Assembly: GCA_030697795.1 (NCBI GenBank)
Contig: JAUYOV010000001.1
Location: forward strand, 24,486-88,485
Direction: 5' to 3'
Origin: a bacterium
Lineage (GTDB): Bacteria; Patescibacteriota; Minisyncoccia; JACQLN01
DNA: 64,000 bases
Translations under genes and position numbers: made by a program
The notes under the pieces: generated by a model
What the model saw: the letters and a program-made list of their open reading frames with translations, nothing else
Told to the model about the DNA's origin: nothing
The model's database searches: none
Part shown: positions 45,666 through 55,188 of the stretch, piece after piece
Layout of the letters: every line of letters begins with the position of its first letter
Position numbering within the stretch: the stretch's first letter is position 1

Positions 45666-46265
45666 CTACGTCAATGGTTGCCCCCTACTTTTAAACTTTT
45701 GGAGTAAAGATTCTATTTTATCTAACGAATCTCTAAGTATCGCGAAACGGAAAACATCATAGTACTTACCATCAAAAAACCTATGTTCCTTAAAACAGCC
45801 TTCCTCGCAAAAACCATAGGATGAAACTGCGTTTCTCATTGTTGAAAGGGAAAGGCAGTTATACTCAAAAACTTCAAAACAAATCTTATGGATTGGTAGA
45901 AATTTAAATAAATAACGCACTATCACAACGATAGCTTCGGCCCCATAGCCCCTATTCTCATAATTCTCATCAATATAGACATTTACAAATATATATCCAT
46001 CAATATGGTTGAAATTGAAAGAGAATATTGTTCCTAGAGCCACAACGTCTTTTTTACGCAATACTATGAACTGTAGATGACGATTTCGTTCAAATTCCCT
46101 AGCTAGTTCTTTGGTAAAATTCTCCGGACTCACAACTTCTCGTTTCGCTGAAAACAAAGCCAGAAACCGTGATTCATTACGCCATCTGTGTAAAGTGGGA
46201 TAATCAGAATCCTCAATCGGTTTAAGGGTTATTCTGCTGGTTTCTAGATCTTCGGTGGCCACCAC
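45666..46265 (-). CDS. GNAT-family N-acetyltransferase
   Basis: 199 aa; acetyl-CoA-binding-like core ...NRGYGAEAIVVIVRYLF... Confidence 0.7.
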   Translation of the reverse strand: MVATEDLETSRITLKPIEDSDYPTLHRWRNESRFLALFSAKREVVSPENFTKELAREFERNRHLQFIVLRKKDVVALGTIFSFNFNHIDGYIFVNVYIDENYENRGYGAEAIVVIVRYLFKFLPIHKICFEVFEYNCLSLSTMRNAVSSYGFCEEGCFKEHRFFDGKYYDVFRFAILRDSLDKIESLLQKFKSRGQPLT

Positions 46266-46333
46266 GTTCTCCTTTCTCGTTTATCAAGGTACATTGTTTG
46301 ATAACCTATATAACCACACTTAACACTATGTAA

Positions 46334-47572
46334 TCAAATCCTATTTTTTATATCTTCTGGACCTAAAATTGTCAATAAACTGTTATCTTTTTTTAAGTAT
46401 TTTTTACCTGTCTTTACCACTTCTTCAAAAGTGGTTTCTCTAATTATTTTTTTATAGTTCTCCGGTTCAAATAATTTATTGAACAAGCTGAGTCCTTCCC
46501 CTAAAAAATTAAGTTCATTTTTTGAGCTTGAATAAAAACGATCAAAAACATTGTATATTTTTTCTTTAGTCTCTTCGATTTCTTGCGGGGATATATTTTG
46601 TAAGAAATTATAAATTGAATCAAATATTATTTTTACCGTTTTTGATGGATTAGAAGAAGCTGTTTGGATTTGGAAAATTCCTGCATCTGTATATCTGGTG
46701 TTGAAGGTATTTACAGTATAAACTAAGCCTGTTTCGTGTCTCAATTTTTCAGATAAAAAGCTTTTAGTTCCAAAACCTAGGTAGTTACTTATTATTGCCA
46801 GCGCGGCTTCTTCTTTTAGGTTCAGTCCTCCTGGGGTATGAAAATTTAATAATATTCTTGTTTGTTCTGTTTGGTTAGATACATATAAATAGTTTTCGTG
46901 ATTATTTAAAACCAACACAGGTTTTTCTGTTTCTGATTTTGAATTACTACTCCACGATCCAAAATATTGTTCTGTTTCTGCCAGAATTTGTTTATGAGGT
47001 AAGTTACTTATTACTATGATAGCGCTCCTTTCCGGTGTGAAATAACTGCGCTGGTATTCTCTTAGTTGTCCTATTGTTGAACCCTTTATTACATCCATAG
47101 AGCCGATTGGTTCTTGAGAAAGCGGGTGTGCGCTAAAAAAGTTTTTTAATACTAAAAAATTAAACTTTCTAATTGGTTTGTTTTCGTCTATCAATGCTTC
47201 TTCTATAATAATTTTTTTGTTTATTTCAAAATCTTCAGTACTTATTTCAAAATCATTTATTAGCGCGCTTAAAACTTTTATAGAATCATCCATATATTTT
47301 ATTGGTAACTCTATAATAAAATGAGTATTTTCACGGCTGGTAAAAGCATTGGTGTAAGCGCCTACTTGTTTCCTGCCAGTTTCGTTGTAGAGATTATTTA
47401 TTTTTTTACAAAGCAAATGTTCTAGAAAATGAGTATAACCCAGCTGATCTTTTTTTTCGTGTCGCGCGCCGGCTTTTACCCACAACGAAACTATAGCAAC
47501 AGAGGCGCTTTCATTGGTTGAAGTGATTAGTCTTAATCCATTTTTTAGTACGCTTTCTCGGTATTTAGGCAT
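46334..47572 (-). CDS. M16-family (pitrilysin/insulinase-like) zinc peptidase
   Basis: HFLEHL inverted zinc motif (HxxEH) at residues ~48-53; 412 aa. Confidence 0.75.
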   Translation of the reverse strand: MPKYRESVLKNGLRLITSTNESASVAIVSLWVKAGARHEKKDQLGYTHFLEHLLCKKINNLYNETGRKQVGAYTNAFTSRENTHFIIELPIKYMDDSIKVLSALINDFEISTEDFEINKKIIIEEALIDENKPIRKFNFLVLKNFFSAHPLSQEPIGSMDVIKGSTIGQLREYQRSYFTPERSAIIVISNLPHKQILAETEQYFGSWSSNSKSETEKPVLVLNNHENYLYVSNQTEQTRILLNFHTPGGLNLKEEAALAIISNYLGFGTKSFLSEKLRHETGLVYTVNTFNTRYTDAGIFQIQTASSNPSKTVKIIFDSIYNFLQNISPQEIEETKEKIYNVFDRFYSSSKNELNFLGEGLSLFNKLFEPENYKKIIRETTFEEVVKTGKKYLKKDNSLLTILGPEDIKNRI

Positions 47573-47628
47573 ATTTTTGTATAAATTATTATACTAAAAA
47601 ATATATTATTTGACAATAGATTGATACT

Positions 47629-47668
47629 CCTAAGCACACTAAGACCAGACCTTGGTTTAGTAAATTAA
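47629..47668. repeat. hairpin element agaccagacctt...aaggtct (family with 45258..45296)
   Basis: ctaagaccagaccttggtttagtaaattaaggtctttt is alignable to the 45258 element. Confidence 0.5.
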
Positions 47669-47791
47669 GGTCTTTTATTGTAAATTATGCCACTACTTGA
47701 CAAGTAGAGCAATGATATGCTATACTTGTTACAGTACCAAAAATAGTAAGGTTTTTCCTTACTAAATCATCCCTTAAAGGAGGATATCCCG

Positions 47792-48088
47792 ATGGAATCT
47801 GCAACCCACATTCAGGACCAACAGGATCAGGCCTTGAGAGGCAGAGTGAAGCGCATAGCGTTCTTTTTCTTCATAATGGGCTTCTGGGGTTGTCTCTTAA
47901 CCATAGGGGCACTGCGCCAACTGAATCACGATCTGAATCGGTGGGCTGATACCAGAATCCATTATGGTATCGTCGGCACGGAAGAACAATCACCCCCTAG
48001 GTGGGTTGGCGAGGCAAGCAAAACAATCAAGGCCGAACTCACAGGGGCCAAGCCCAAGATCGAAGCAGTGATTGATCTGCTGTTCTGA
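47792..48088 (+). CDS. hypothetical single-TM protein, elevated GC
   Basis: GGAGG RBS; 98 aa; strong terminator at 48118..48150 (tcccctctct...agagagggga + T-run). Confidence 0.35.
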   Translation: MESATHIQDQQDQALRGRVKRIAFFFFIMGFWGCLLTIGALRQLNHDLNRWADTRIHYGIVGTEEQSPPRWVGEASKTIKAELTGAKPKIEAVIDLLF

Positions 48089-48235
48089 ACTATGATCAAT
48101 CACCAAAATCTTATCTCCCCTCTCTATAACTAGAGAGGGGAATTTTTTTATTTAAATCTTTATCGTGGGTATCCCCGTAGTAGAACTTTGGCAACTTCGA
48201 CACAAGGTCGAAGTATTAAGAACAGCCAAAGTTCA

Positions 48236-51200
48236 CTAACGGGGCAAGATTTCTTTGAACGAAGGGAGGCTTCGGCCGATGCTTATGTCGGGCAGATTAT
48301 CGGCAGGATTGTTTTCGTTAGAACCTTTTTCACAAACTAAGCCATCGGAATCTGTAACACGAAGCTTAATATTTTTTGATCCCGGTGTAGAAAAACTAGC
48401 CGAAGCCGTAGAAGCATTTGTTGGGCCAATTACCGTAGCTCCAGCTGCTTCCGAAAAATCCCAATTCCAAGCTGTCTTAGTTGCTCCCCCGCTAACTGTG
48501 GTTGTGTCTGTAAATGTAATTGGTTCGTCTTTAGATGCCCGCAAAGGCAACATACTAAACGATAAGGCGGGAGCGGCGTGTTTAATTGTTGTAAAACTAG
48601 AACCATTGGCTTGGGCGCTTAAACGCGCGGGATCGCTTTCCCAAACCGTTACGCGCCAATCATAAGTTTTATTAAAGTCTAGAGTGGCCAGTGGAATGTT
48701 ATAAGAACCAGAAGAAGAAACAACTTGCCCCGTATCTTTAACCACGCCACCTGTGCCTTGATCCGTTATTACAGCTTGGTAAGCATATTGCGTATCGCCT
48801 CCAGCATCGGAAAAATTCCAACTTAACGTCCAGCCAAATGGAGCCACACAATAATTACTTGGCGCCGATGGAGAAAATGCATTAACTGTTGGCGCAACAT
48901 TTGGCAGAACAACAATATCTACGTGGGCAGCGCGCGAAATTCCACCACGCTCCACAATAACTTTAGCCGTATAGTTACCAGCCGAAGAGTAATGGCAAGG
49001 CCATGCTGGAGGATCGTAATTCATAGAGCTTTCGCCATCTTTTTTGTGAGTCCAACCGCCTGTTACTACAGTGTCGGAATCTGGGCCAGATTTATTGCAA
49101 TAAAAAGTATAATTATTGCTAACACCTGTTATATTGCTAGAAATTGAAACCGACATATTATTTCCAGAGCCCGGAGTTTCTTTGCCAGCTGGCGAAACAG
49201 TAAACGAAGTAATACTTAAGCTTGGATTAACTGTGATATATACATCATTCGAAGCAGTGCGGCCATCTGAACTTGTGCAAGTTATTGTGAATTTAAATTC
49301 TCCCGGCACAGAAAGAACTCCTGTAGACTGCGAATACGGAACAGATTCAGCAACAGGTTTAGAGCCACTCCAGTTTGGACCTGTGCCACCAGAAGCCGAA
49401 CAAGTTACGGCATTGGTTGTTCTCCAAGAAAGCGTAGCCGATGTTCCAGATTCTATAGAAATTGGTCCATCGGAACTGTCGGCTTTAATATCTACGCTTA
49501 ACGCCGGTAAAACAGTAAAGGCATATCTTCTTTCGGCCACCGCGCCACCACGCTCCACAATAACTTTAGCAGTGTATGTTCCGGGTGTTGTGTAATTACA
49601 AGCGTCTACTGCAGTTTTACTTAACGTGCCGGCAGGCACGCCATCGTGTTTTGCGGCGTAACCCGTTATAACATTTGTTCCAGCATCTGAACGATTGCAA
49701 TAGAATGTAAAGTTACTAGAACTATTAACATTGCTTGTAATGGTTGCGCTTATATCTACACCATTAACTGGCACTGCTTGATTATTAGGATTTGGAGTGA
49801 GTGTGATCGGGTCTGTAATAGTTACGTAAGCACTAGAAACAACAACGCTACAGGCATCTAATAACGAACCATTTTTTAAAACGACACTATATGTGCCAGC
49901 ACTGTTGAATTTAGTTATAAAACTAGTTCCTGTTCCAGTTGCAGGTGAACCACCTGTAACTGACCACGAATAACCAAGAGCTGGGTTTCCAGAATTATCA
50001 GATGAAAAAGTTATATTTTGACCAGTTGAGCCTGTAGAAGAAGTTGGACTACAAACAGGAGCGGCTCTGGTGGTAACAGTAACCGAAGCCGTCGTTCCGT
50101 TTGACGTGCTAGCTGAAATTAAATTTCCATATTGATCTGTATAATTTGCATATATTGTTGCAGAAGCACTTGTTTGACTATTTGTGCCTTCTCCTGTAGC
50201 CAAACCTTTTTGGCTTGTATTGTTTATACTAGCAACAGCCGAATTTGTTGAGCTCCAACTTGCACTATTAGAAACATCGGCCGATCCAGATGTATCACAA
50301 ACGCCTGATGAGTTGCATCCATACGGATAATATTCACTAACAAGTTGTTGTGTATTATCAATTCTAATAGTAGATAATGGAGGCAAAACTTTTATCCCCG
50401 GTGTTCTCACATCAACCGAACTAGAACAATTTACTGTTCTGGTTTGCGAACTAGACGTTACGGTTAAACTTCCAGTTTTTGTTCCAGCAGTTGTGTACGT
50501 TGTATCGCCAAGCGCAGAAGTTTGCCCTGCTAAGGGAGCCGTTCCGCCCCAAGAATATGTATATGTTCCAAAACCACCGCCACCAGTTACACTGCTTGTC
50601 CAAATAACTCTCTCACCTTTGGTTGTTTTTAATTTTCCCGGAGCACACGAAACACTAAGCCCTGGCAATGAAACCGAAACAGGAATAATCGCTTGAACCG
50701 CCGAAGCCGAACCGCGTTCAACAATAACTTTGGCGTTATAATTGCACGTACCCGAAGCGCAAGCATATTGATGAGCCATAGATTGAGGATTTGTATTTAC
50801 ACCCGCACATCTGTAACCACTCAAATTTGAAGCACAATTGCCCGGAGGTACTGGCGGCAAAGTTCCGCAAAAAACTTCTATGCCAGCTATGCTGGTACCG
50901 TTATAACCACAATTCCACCAATAATTATAATTTATTGTGCCTATGGCTTGGCCACTTACGCTAGACGAAAACGTGGTATTTAAAGGCGATGAACCAGACG
51001 TTGGCGTAACAGAAAAGTTAACGTTTAAAGACGGCGCGGCAACATTAACGGTAACGCTACTGGGAGCAGACGTGGTGCCTCCAGCGCCAGTACAATTTAA
51101 TGTATACGTTTGAGATTGAGTTAAACTGCCCGTACTTTGACCGTATGTGTTTGAGGTGCCACTCCAACCACCCGGCGACACCGAACAACTGCCGGCATTA

Positions 51201-52801
51201 GTGGAAAACCATTTTAGATAAGCCGCGGTATTGTAGCTAATACTAGCCGAGCTGGCATAACCGCCATTGGGGTTATTAGATATCTGCAAAGTGGCAGTTG
51301 GAGCTGGCGGTTGTGAAACATTAACAGTAACGGTATCTGTTGGACTAGTACCGCCCGTGCCAGAGCAAGAAATAGAGTATGTTCTACCAGAAGTTAAGTT
51401 TCCGCTTGATTGAGAACCCGAAGTTCCCGTCCAACCGCTGGGTGAAACAGAACAAGCCGAAGCATTGCCAGAAGACCAAGATATAGTAGCCGCAGTATTA
51501 TAAGCAATTGTTATAGAAGCATCCGAATTATTGGCTTTAACATCGGCGGTTGGTGTTAGAGCTGTTATAACTAAATTTACAGTAGCACTAGTACCGTTTG
51601 GAGAACCGGTAACCGTTATCGGAAAAGTTCCTGCGGGAGTATTTGACGTTGTAGAAATCGTCATACTTATTGAACAGCTAATATTCGGAGCGCAGGGATT
51701 AGGACTAAACGAAGCATTTGCTTGGCTGGGCAAACCGCTAACAGATAACGTAATAGGTTGAGTAGTTCCTCCAGTTTTTGTTGTTGTTACCGCAAATATA
51801 CTCGTGTTTCCTTTCAATATACTTATGTTGCCATCACTCCCCCTTGATACAGAAACCGTATAGGTAAAGGGTATTACTATATTTACAGTTAAACTAGCTG
51901 ATCCAGAAGTTGTGCCACTAGAATTTGAACAAGACATGGTATATGTTGTGCCAGAGCTTGGAGAAACAGTTGTGGCACCGAATGTATTTGGCTGAACCGA
52001 ACCAACGTTGGTAACATTACATCTAGAAGCACCCGAAGACGACCAGCTTAATGTTGCCGACGAACCTTGTGTGATTGTTGATGGACTAACAGAAATAGAA
52101 ACTGTTGGTGGTGCTGGCGAACGCGTAGCTGTGCAAGAAGCATTAGAGCCTCCGTTTGAACCAGAACAACTCCAATTTGTAGAACCACCTTGCGATGGGA
52201 ACGATGGATTAGATGGACTCGCCGAACCAGAACTACAAAAACTTCCGGAATATCCACCAGCATTATATGCATAATTGGTTGCATTGCTTCCACAAGAGCC
52301 ATTTACTGGGCAAGCTTGCGTGTTACAAGAAACAGTTTGTGTGGATGGACCGACACAATAATTCGTACCACCGCAAGAAGCCGTGCCTTGGCAAGTTCTA
52401 GACTGTGTTTTGGTTCCACCGCCGCAAGATTGCGTACAGCTACTAGTATCGGTCCAGCCACTCCAAGTAGCATTTGTTGGCGAACAACTTGGTGGTGGAG
52501 GTGGAGGTGCTGGATTACAAGATCCCCCGGAACAACCATAAGAACAAGTTTGGATATATCTGGTTGAACAATTACGCGCTCTATACCAGCGTTGACTGCC
52601 CGAACAATAATACCCCGATGAACAAACTGCGGCTAACTGACTATAGCTAGAATCGGAATCCGAAGTATCACTTATTTGAGCATCTACTTGGCTAGAAAAA
52701 AGTATAAAAGCCGAAACCATAACAGCCACAGTAAAAATTAAATAAGGGGCTAACTTAATAAGTTTAATATTTTTTAAATTGGCTTTAGAAAAATTTAGCA
52801 T
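48236..52801 (-). CDS. giant (1521 aa) secreted/cell-surface repeat protein with Cys-rich N-terminal region, many Ser/Thr/Gly-rich beta-sandwich-like repeats and a C-terminal PKD-like domain
   Basis: N-terminal signal/TM; Cys-dense region (residues ~60-230); repeated Y.(L/M).C.G.GG...VTVNV modules; WNWDFSEAAG...RVTDSDG PKD-like signature near the C-terminus. Confidence 0.65.
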   Translation of the reverse strand: MLNFSKANLKNIKLIKLAPYLIFTVAVMVSAFILFSSQVDAQISDTSDSDSSYSQLAAVCSSGYYCSGSQRWYRARNCSTRYIQTCSYGCSGGSCNPAPPPPPPSCSPTNATWSGWTDTSSCTQSCGGGTKTQSRTCQGTASCGGTNYCVGPSTQTVSCNTQACPVNGSCGSNATNYAYNAGGYSGSFCSSGSASPSNPSFPSQGGSTNWSCSGSNGGSNASCTATRSPAPPTVSISVSPSTITQGSSATLSWSSSGASRCNVTNVGSVQPNTFGATTVSPSSGTTYTMSCSNSSGTTSGSASLTVNIVIPFTYTVSVSRGSDGNISILKGNTSIFAVTTTKTGGTTQPITLSVSGLPSQANASFSPNPCAPNISCSISMTISTTSNTPAGTFPITVTGSPNGTSATVNLVITALTPTADVKANNSDASITIAYNTAATISWSSGNASACSVSPSGWTGTSGSQSSGNLTSGRTYSISCSGTGGTSPTDTVTVNVSQPPAPTATLQISNNPNGGYASSASISYNTAAYLKWFSTNAGSCSVSPGGWSGTSNTYGQSTGSLTQSQTYTLNCTGAGGTTSAPSSVTVNVAAPSLNVNFSVTPTSGSSPLNTTFSSSVSGQAIGTINYNYWWNCGYNGTSIAGIEVFCGTLPPVPPGNCASNLSGYRCAGVNTNPQSMAHQYACASGTCNYNAKVIVERGSASAVQAIIPVSVSLPGLSVSCAPGKLKTTKGERVIWTSSVTGGGGFGTYTYSWGGTAPLAGQTSALGDTTYTTAGTKTGSLTVTSSSQTRTVNCSSSVDVRTPGIKVLPPLSTIRIDNTQQLVSEYYPYGCNSSGVCDTSGSADVSNSASWSSTNSAVASINNTSQKGLATGEGTNSQTSASATIYANYTDQYGNLISASTSNGTTASVTVTTRAAPVCSPTSSTGSTGQNITFSSDNSGNPALGYSWSVTGGSPATGTGTSFITKFNSAGTYSVVLKNGSLLDACSVVVSSAYVTITDPITLTPNPNNQAVPVNGVDISATITSNVNSSSNFTFYCNRSDAGTNVITGYAAKHDGVPAGTLSKTAVDACNYTTPGTYTAKVIVERGGAVAERRYAFTVLPALSVDIKADSSDGPISIESGTSATLSWRTTNAVTCSASGGTGPNWSGSKPVAESVPYSQSTGVLSVPGEFKFTITCTSSDGRTASNDVYITVNPSLSITSFTVSPAGKETPGSGNNMSVSISSNITGVSNNYTFYCNKSGPDSDTVVTGGWTHKKDGESSMNYDPPAWPCHYSSAGNYTAKVIVERGGISRAAHVDIVVLPNVAPTVNAFSPSAPSNYCVAPFGWTLSWNFSDAGGDTQYAYQAVITDQGTGGVVKDTGQVVSSSGSYNIPLATLDFNKTYDWRVTVWESDPARLSAQANGSSFTTIKHAAPALSFSMLPLRASKDEPITFTDTTTVSGGATKTAWNWDFSEAAGATVIGPTNASTASASFSTPGSKNIKLRVTDSDGLVCEKGSNENNPADNLPDISIGRSLPSFKEILPR

Positions 52802-52806
52802 TAAAA

Positions 52807-53229
52807 TTATTTAATTTTTTCTATATTGGCCGCGTAAAGCATGCCTATAGATTTTTGAGCATCTATAAAGTTTATTCTAACCTTGGTATCCTTTTTTAAA
52901 ATAGAATCTTTTTTGCCATCCCACATAGTTTCGGGAAAGGTAGCTACAGTATATTCTTTAGCATCACTGCCTAGCAAAACAAAAGTACTGGCTTTTATAT
53001 CTATAGAACTAATAACCCCCTCAACTTCGTTTATAGTTTGATCTATTAATTTAACCTTGCTATTTTTTGCGCCAGACCCAGAATCACTGCCAGAAAAAAT
53101 AAAATAAAAAGCGGCGCCAATTAAAACAACTGCGCCCATAGCCAGCATAATTTTTTCTTTTGATTTCCCAGTAGCAGAATCATAAGGATCTATTACTGGC
53201 CCTTTTTGTGAATCGTAATCCATAAACAA
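52807..53229 (-). CDS. membrane-anchored hypothetical protein (TTG or internal ATG start)
   Basis: 140 aa, one TM; preceded by conserved leader element copy C. Confidence 0.35.
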   Translation of the reverse strand: MFMDYDSQKGPVIDPYDSATGKSKEKIMLAMGAVVLIGAAFYFIFSGSDSGSGAKNSKVKLIDQTINEVEGVISSIDIKASTFVLLGSDAKEYTVATFPETMWDGKKDSILKKDTKVRINFIDAQKSIGMLYAANIEKIK

Positions 53230-53325
53230 TATACTAATCTACAAATTGATACGAATTATACTAATGGCTTCACGAATATTTGTAACTTATTCGTAGCATT
53301 CGCATACATTCGTATATTGGCATAA
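53230..53325. promoter_or_regulatory. conserved upstream leader element (copy C, diverged)
   Basis: acgaattatactaatggcttcacgaatatt...attcgcatacattcgtatattggcat shares cgaatat/actaat/tatattggc blocks with copies A and B. Confidence 0.4.
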
Positions 53326-54105
53326 TTATCTGATTTCGAAGACCACGCTCACGTTAACCGCAACTTCTTGGCTACCCGACTGGATGTCTGGCACGCCTCC
53401 ACCGCCTATGCCCGCGCCTATACCATAGGCTTTTTCATAAAATATTGGCGGCTGGCCGTTGTAAGATTCGGAAAACGTAGCCACCCTGCCCAAACGCACG
53501 CCCGCAAGTTTAGCCATTTCTTTGGCTTTAATTTTGGCTTTATCAAACGCCATCTTTCTGGCTTCAGCTTTAAATTTTTCGGGCTCATCCACAAAAAAAT
53601 CTATACCTTGAACTTGGTTGGCGCCCCGAGCCACTGTGCCCGTTACTATCTCGCCTACTTTTTTTAAATCGCGCACTTTAATTTCGGCCGATTGCGAAGC
53701 CGAAAAACCTGCGGGAACTTGCCGGCCATTTACATAATCGTATCTGGGGTAAAGGTTATAATATGTAGTTTTAATATCTTTAGCTTCCACGCCCAAGCCT
53801 TTTACATAATCTATAACCTTATTCATGTTTTCGGTATTATTCTTTTGAACTGCATCGGCGGTTTTGCCATCGGTCACCACGCTTATACTTATTTTAGCAG
53901 TATCGGGCGTAACTGTAACTTCGCCCTCGGCATTAACAGTTATGGTTTTAATATCTTGGGCTATGGGGCTAACCCAACCGAGCCTAGCTAATAAATCCCA
54001 GAAACTATTTAAGGCAACTATTAAAAGCAAAACTGTTAATATTCCAGCGGCATATTCTGTTATCCGATTCTCGCGCAAAAAAAGCTGTTTGATTTTATTT
54101 AGCAT
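53326..54105 (-). CDS. SIMPL-domain (DUF541, BP26/OMP28-like) protein
   Basis: N-terminal TM then ...ITVNAEGEVTVTPDTAKISISV... and C-terminal ...QEVAVNVSVVFEI typical of SIMPL; start set to the internal Met. Confidence 0.6.
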   Translation of the reverse strand: MLNKIKQLFLRENRITEYAAGILTVLLLIVALNSFWDLLARLGWVSPIAQDIKTITVNAEGEVTVTPDTAKISISVVTDGKTADAVQKNNTENMNKVIDYVKGLGVEAKDIKTTYYNLYPRYDYVNGRQVPAGFSASQSAEIKVRDLKKVGEIVTGTVARGANQVQGIDFFVDEPEKFKAEARKMAFDKAKIKAKEMAKLAGVRLGRVATFSESYNGQPPIFYEKAYGIGAGIGGGGVPDIQSGSQEVAVNVSVVFEIR

Positions 54106-54239
54106 TGGCTTAAATCCTAAATCCGAAGCACGAAATACGAAACAATATCTAAATTCCAAATTATAAAAATAAACCGTTTAAAAAATTTGGATTTTGAATA
54201 TTAAAACTTGTTTAGAATTTCGATATTCGGATTTCGAAT

Positions 54240-54671
54240 TTGTGCTATTATTATAACAATATGTTTAGACTTTTACTATACACAGCCTTAATAGGCGGGG
54301 GCACATACCTAGCGGCAACTATTTTGCCAGATACGTACAAAGAAACTATTTTAAAAAAAACCGGCTTGGGCAACATCCAAGGCGAAAGTTTTGCTTTGTT
54401 TAATCCTGTGGGCGAACGCGCCAAACTTATAAACGACTTAAAACAAAATATATCGGCTCTGGAAAATTATGCCAAAGGCGACGCGGCTATTGCGCCCGCC
54501 ATTGAAGAATCCAAAGAGTTATTGGCAGAATTAGAAAAATTAAATCCAAAATCTAGCGTAACCAGCAGTGTTGTTGGAAAAATATTGGGAGTTACGCCTC
54601 CTGCCGAAACTGCTAGCGTCGCCAACACAGCTGAATTAACTGCCGAACAAAAAGCCAAAATCTGCAGGTAA
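54240..54671 (+). CDS. membrane-anchored hypothetical protein
   Basis: likely true start at the MFRLLLYTALIGGG Met (54261); terminator ggaccgc..gcggtcc + T-run at 54688..54716. Confidence 0.35.
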   Translation: MCYYYNNMFRLLLYTALIGGGTYLAATILPDTYKETILKKTGLGNIQGESFALFNPVGERAKLINDLKQNISALENYAKGDAAIAPAIEESKELLAELEKLNPKSSVTSSVVGKILGVTPPAETASVANTAELTAEQKAKICR

Positions 54672-54819
54672 TTTATCGGAAGGACCGCCCTTCCCAAAAA
54701 AAGCGGTCCTTTTTTTATAATTTGATCGGATACCGAGTGTTTAATCAGATTCTTGTCTTATTCTACTCGTCTCTGTTACACTGCCACCAGTTCTTAAACT
54801 TACCTAAAAGGAGGTTTTG

Positions 54820-55052
54820 TTATGATGTGCTTTCGCGAAGGCTGTCATCACGGTATAGATGAACCGGGCGGAGTGGAATTGATCGTTGGGGTTGGCACCA
54901 GAGGCAGTATCGGCAGTTCAAGAGCCAGAATTTCGGCAAAGTTCTGTTCTGTCACCTGCACTTCCATTTTTCTGGTACAATATCCTTCTCAATCGGATAT
55001 TCTGCGAAAAGTGGGAGAGCTTTGCGAGAAGCAAACTCTCGCCTCCTCCTGA
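54820..55052 (+). CDS. small Cys/His-containing ORF in a GC-rich islet
   Basis: AAAGGAGG RBS; MMCFREGCHHG...; ~55% GC; flanked by an imperfect inverted repeat (54718..54752 / 55058..55088). Confidence 0.25.
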
Positions 55053-55188
55053 ACCAACTTGATCGAACACTCGGTGTTTGATCAGGAGAATTTAAACAAA
55101 AAATAAAGCGGGTATGCATTATGCATCCCGCTATTTTTATTAAAATATTCTCATATTCTTGAGAATGTGAGAATATTTTTGTGCTTGG

